Source of the DNA: a virus
Lineage: Duplodnaviria; Caudoviricetes
Direction: 5' to 3' (one strand)
Virus record (IMG/VR): IMGVR_UViG_3300025639_000017
Coordinates: 1 to 26,340 of that record
Length of the DNA stretch: 26,340 nt
Part shown: positions 24,337 through 26,340 of the stretch, one piece after another
How positions within the stretch are numbered: the stretch's first letter is position 1
Layout: every line of letters begins with the position of its first letter
Notes under the pieces: model-generated
Database searches by the model: none
What the model was told of the DNA's origin: nothing
Seen by the model: only the letters and a program-made list of their open reading frames with translations
Position numbers and translations under genes: made by a program

Positions 24337-24525
24337 ATGTACGACATCGTACCAAAAGGGCTAGGGCCTGATCCCCTAGAGCAGCTGCTTCAAGCTGAAC
24401 GTCGCGCCGAGTATCGCTGGGACGTCGAACTTGAGGCAGATTATCCAACACAAACCCGCGAGCAGTTCGTTCGCAACAACGCCCATCGTCGGGCACAACA
24501 TACATTGGAGAAGCATCATGACTAA
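24337..24525 (+). CDS. Hypothetical protein (62 aa)
   Basis: RBS AAGGAGG at 24322-24328, ATG 24337 (MYDIVPKGLGPDPLEQLL...). Confidence 0.7.
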   Translation: MYDIVPKGLGPDPLEQLLQAERRAEYRWDVELEADYPTQTREQFVRNNAHRRAQHTLEKHHD

Positions 24526-25207
24526 AGTACTTACTAAGGCACACGCTGCCGACATCAACACCACCGACGCACCTTGGACAGAGAGTGCAGAGACTTCGGA
24601 CACGTTTACCCTGACCGAGGCCCTTCGCACTTATCTGCAAGAGCAGGTGGATTTCATTGCCGATCGCGCCGTGTCGCAACTCGGTATCATTGCCAACTGG
24701 GCCAACATCGCCGCGTTCCAGACGCCCGCGTCCTACGACCAGATGTTTGGTAACGACTATGGCCTCGCCATGGACAGTAACCAGAAGCTGCTGAAGTATT
24801 GTGCGCAGTCCGTGGCCGGTGACCCCGAGTCGCTGGTACAGGTTCGCGCCACGGGCAGCGTGTACGGTACACAGGACGCCAGCGGCGCGCAAAGCACGGT
24901 GCACAGCGACACGGATCAAAACAAGATCCAGGTCAACGAGATGGCGTTCGAGGCCATTACCAACGCCTCAGAGCGTTACAACAAGGCCGTCGCTGACATC
25001 GTGTTGCTCAACACGAGCTTCGGCATGGAACCCACGACGTCGCGCGAAGAACGCTACGAGTTGTGGATTGCCAAGGAGCGCGACATGAAGCGTCGTAAGC
25101 AGGAGAACCAAGCCCGTAGTGAGGCGAAGTTCGCGGCCAACGCCCAACGGGACGACGTCGTGGTGCAACTGCACAAGGTGGCACAGACCACCGCGCACTT
25201 GATCTAA
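24518..25207 (+). CDS. Hypothetical early protein (229 aa)
   Basis: RBS GGAG, ATG 24518 (MTKVLTKAHAAD...); GC3-rich codon usage; basic helical C-terminus; followed by a terminator. Confidence 0.85.
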   Translation: MTKVLTKAHAADINTTDAPWTESAETSDTFTLTEALRTYLQEQVDFIADRAVSQLGIIANWANIAAFQTPASYDQMFGNDYGLAMDSNQKLLKYCAQSVAGDPESLVQVRATGSVYGTQDASGAQSTVHSDTDQNKIQVNEMAFEAITNASERYNKAVADIVLLNTSFGMEPTTSREERYELWIAKERDMKRRKQENQARSEAKFAANAQRDDVVVQLHKVAQTTAHLI

Positions 25208-25228
25208 CCAACGCACAAGGTGCACAGT

Positions 25229-25255
25229 AAGAGGGTCCTTCGGGGCCCTTTTTTT
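25229..25255 (+). terminator. Rho-independent terminator
   Basis: AGGGTCC-TTCG-GGGCCCT followed by a T tract; C(UUCG)G tetraloop. Confidence 0.92.
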
Positions 25256-25348
25256 ATGCCTCGGTCACACTGACCAACGCCCACTGACCCCCGCGCGCCG
25301 GTCGCTGGCCAATGGGCACTGGATGTCGCGTTTTGAACAGTTTTCTTA

Positions 25349-25364
25349 TTGAACGATCGTTCAA
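25349..25364. promoter_or_regulatory. Perfect 16-bp palindrome TTGAACGATCGTTCAA (operator-like)
   Basis: Exact self-reverse-complement in non-coding DNA. Confidence 0.5.
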
Positions 25365-25444
25365 GTTGGTGGTCACTAACGTACCCAAATCGGCCTCTAG
25401 CCTTAGTGCCACGTACAAAGTTCCAATAATGTCGACATTCCTTG

Positions 25445-25893
25445 GGACAGCAGATTTTGACTTTCAACATACTGTTTATTACGTAGACACTGTTTTTTCA
25501 TGAATATAAGAAATAAAAAAGGTGGTTTGCTGTCCAGATGTGCTTGAAAGCCTTGCTACCATTGCCTTACAGCGTGGACAGCAAATTAGGCCCTTTTTTC
25601 ATTTGCTGTCCACAATGATACCTGTTTTTACGATGCCCTGAAACGCACGGCGCACTAGGGCTAGCGAGCAGTATCACTATTACCGACTTTACCGAGATGG
25701 ACAGCAAATGCCAAAAGTGGGACAGCAAATGGCCAAAACACCCTATTTTGGGACAGGAGATTTAGGGGTATTATGTTAAATTGTCTTACTACTATACATA
25801 TATTGATATACACTAGACCTAAACCATTCATCAAAGTAATATCTGGGACAGCAAATGCCATTTTGGGACAGCAAATGGACAAATCTCCTGTCC
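25445..25893. repeat. Iteron array (GGACAGCAAAT x10), probable replication origin
   Basis: Forward copies at 25445, 25576, 25699, 25720, 25751, 25846 and 25866; inverted copies at 25526, 25601 and 25883; AT-rich stretches at about 25495-25520 and 25770-25842. Confidence 0.75.
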
Positions 25894-25916
25894 AACGTCG
25901 CAAATAGAACATTGAC

Positions 25917-25986
25917 CAACGCACAACGCACAACGCACAACGCACAACGCACAGCGCACAACGCACAGCGCACAACGCACAACGCC
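25917..25986 (+). repeat. Heptamer tandem repeat (CAACGCA/CAGCGCA) x10
   Basis: Ten contiguous 7-nt units, two with an A>G change and the last CAACGCC. Confidence 0.95.
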
Positions 25987-26006
25987 CATTGGGCAAGGAG
26001 CAGATC

Positions 26007-26195
26007 ATGTCACAAACAGAGCCTACAGACGAGGTCATCACCCTCACCCGCCAGCAATTGTGGGTAGCTTTTGCCCCCACATTCAATTTCGAGTTGGACG
26101 AAGAAGCATTATTAGAGAAGGCATTGCACCGTGGTTTTGTTACACTTGTAGGTGAAGACCAGTATTTGGTCAACCAAAACTACAGGAGTATGTAA
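26007..26195 (+). CDS. Hypothetical protein (62 aa)
   Basis: RBS AAGGAG, ATG 26007 (MSQTEPTDEVITLTRQQLW...). Confidence 0.75.
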   Translation: MSQTEPTDEVITLTRQQLWVAFAPTFNFELDEEALLEKALHRGFVTLVGEDQYLVNQNYRSM

Positions 26196-26340
26196 TGCCA
26201 CAAGGTATGGACGCCACCTCACGCAAATTGTTTGCTGGCGAGTTATGTGTTGGATGTGCCGAATATGAAGAAGTAACGTGCGTCGGCGAAGGCTACTCAA
26301 TCTACTGCACAAATTGTGAAGTGATCGCCGCGCAAACCGA
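26195..26340 (+). CDS. Putative zinc-ribbon protein, partial
   Basis: RBS AGGAG, TAATG overlap; MPQGMDATSRKLFAGELCVGCAEYEEVTCVGEGYSIYCTNCEVIAAQT..., two CxxC pairs; open to the window end. Confidence 0.65.
   Translation, partial: MPQGMDATSRKLFAGELCVGCAEYEEVTCVGEGYSIYCTNCEVIAAQT

Noticed and set aside
24203-24919. 238-aa minus-strand ORF in the early region
   Set aside because: It is antisense to plus-strand genes that have strong RBSs and a terminator; open frames are expected in GC-rich DNA.
25445-25893. CRISPR array or mini-array
   Set aside because: The repeats are only 11-13 bp, occur in both orientations and have irregular spacing; no cas genes are present.
25661-26173. ORFs 25661-26173(-), 25776-25982(-) and 25855-26067(+) with CALCAVR/NAQRTTH repeats
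   Set aside because: These are translations of the heptamer repeat and iterons, have no RBS, and two of them overlap the better-supported gene at 26007.
1-26340. Stop-codon reassignment
   Set aside because: All core genes are full length and tightly packed under the standard code, and TAA, TAG and TGA are all used as stops.

Overview
This window is a segment of a tailed dsDNA bacteriophage genome with podovirus-type architecture and an N4-gp56-family capsid. The fibre domains resemble those of aquatic or marine phages. Positions 1-23411 form one minus-strand late/morphogenesis region. In order of transcription it encodes an HNH-type endonuclease, small and large terminase, a P22-like portal, an acidic scaffold, a small conserved hypothetical protein, the major capsid protein, a small head-associated protein, two adaptor-like proteins, a GNAT-like protein, four internal virion (ejection) proteins including a 1833-aa protein with an HExxH motif, and a fibre module. 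At about 23450-23680 the strand switches to a plus-strand early region with three small membrane proteins, hypothetical genes, a terminator, a ten-copy iteron array (probable replication origin), a 10x heptamer tandem repeat and two small genes. The most notable non-coding signals are: (i) a ~190-nt highly structured RNA-like element directly upstream of the capsid gene, with three ACGA-loop hairpins and three complementary UCGU segments; (ii) a 17-bp palindrome (TATAAGCACTGCTTATA and variants) found five times at late-gene boundaries, two copies of which bracket that element; (iii) a duplicated leader element with hairpins in front of the early genes. Family assignments come from recalled motifs and gene order, not from database searches.
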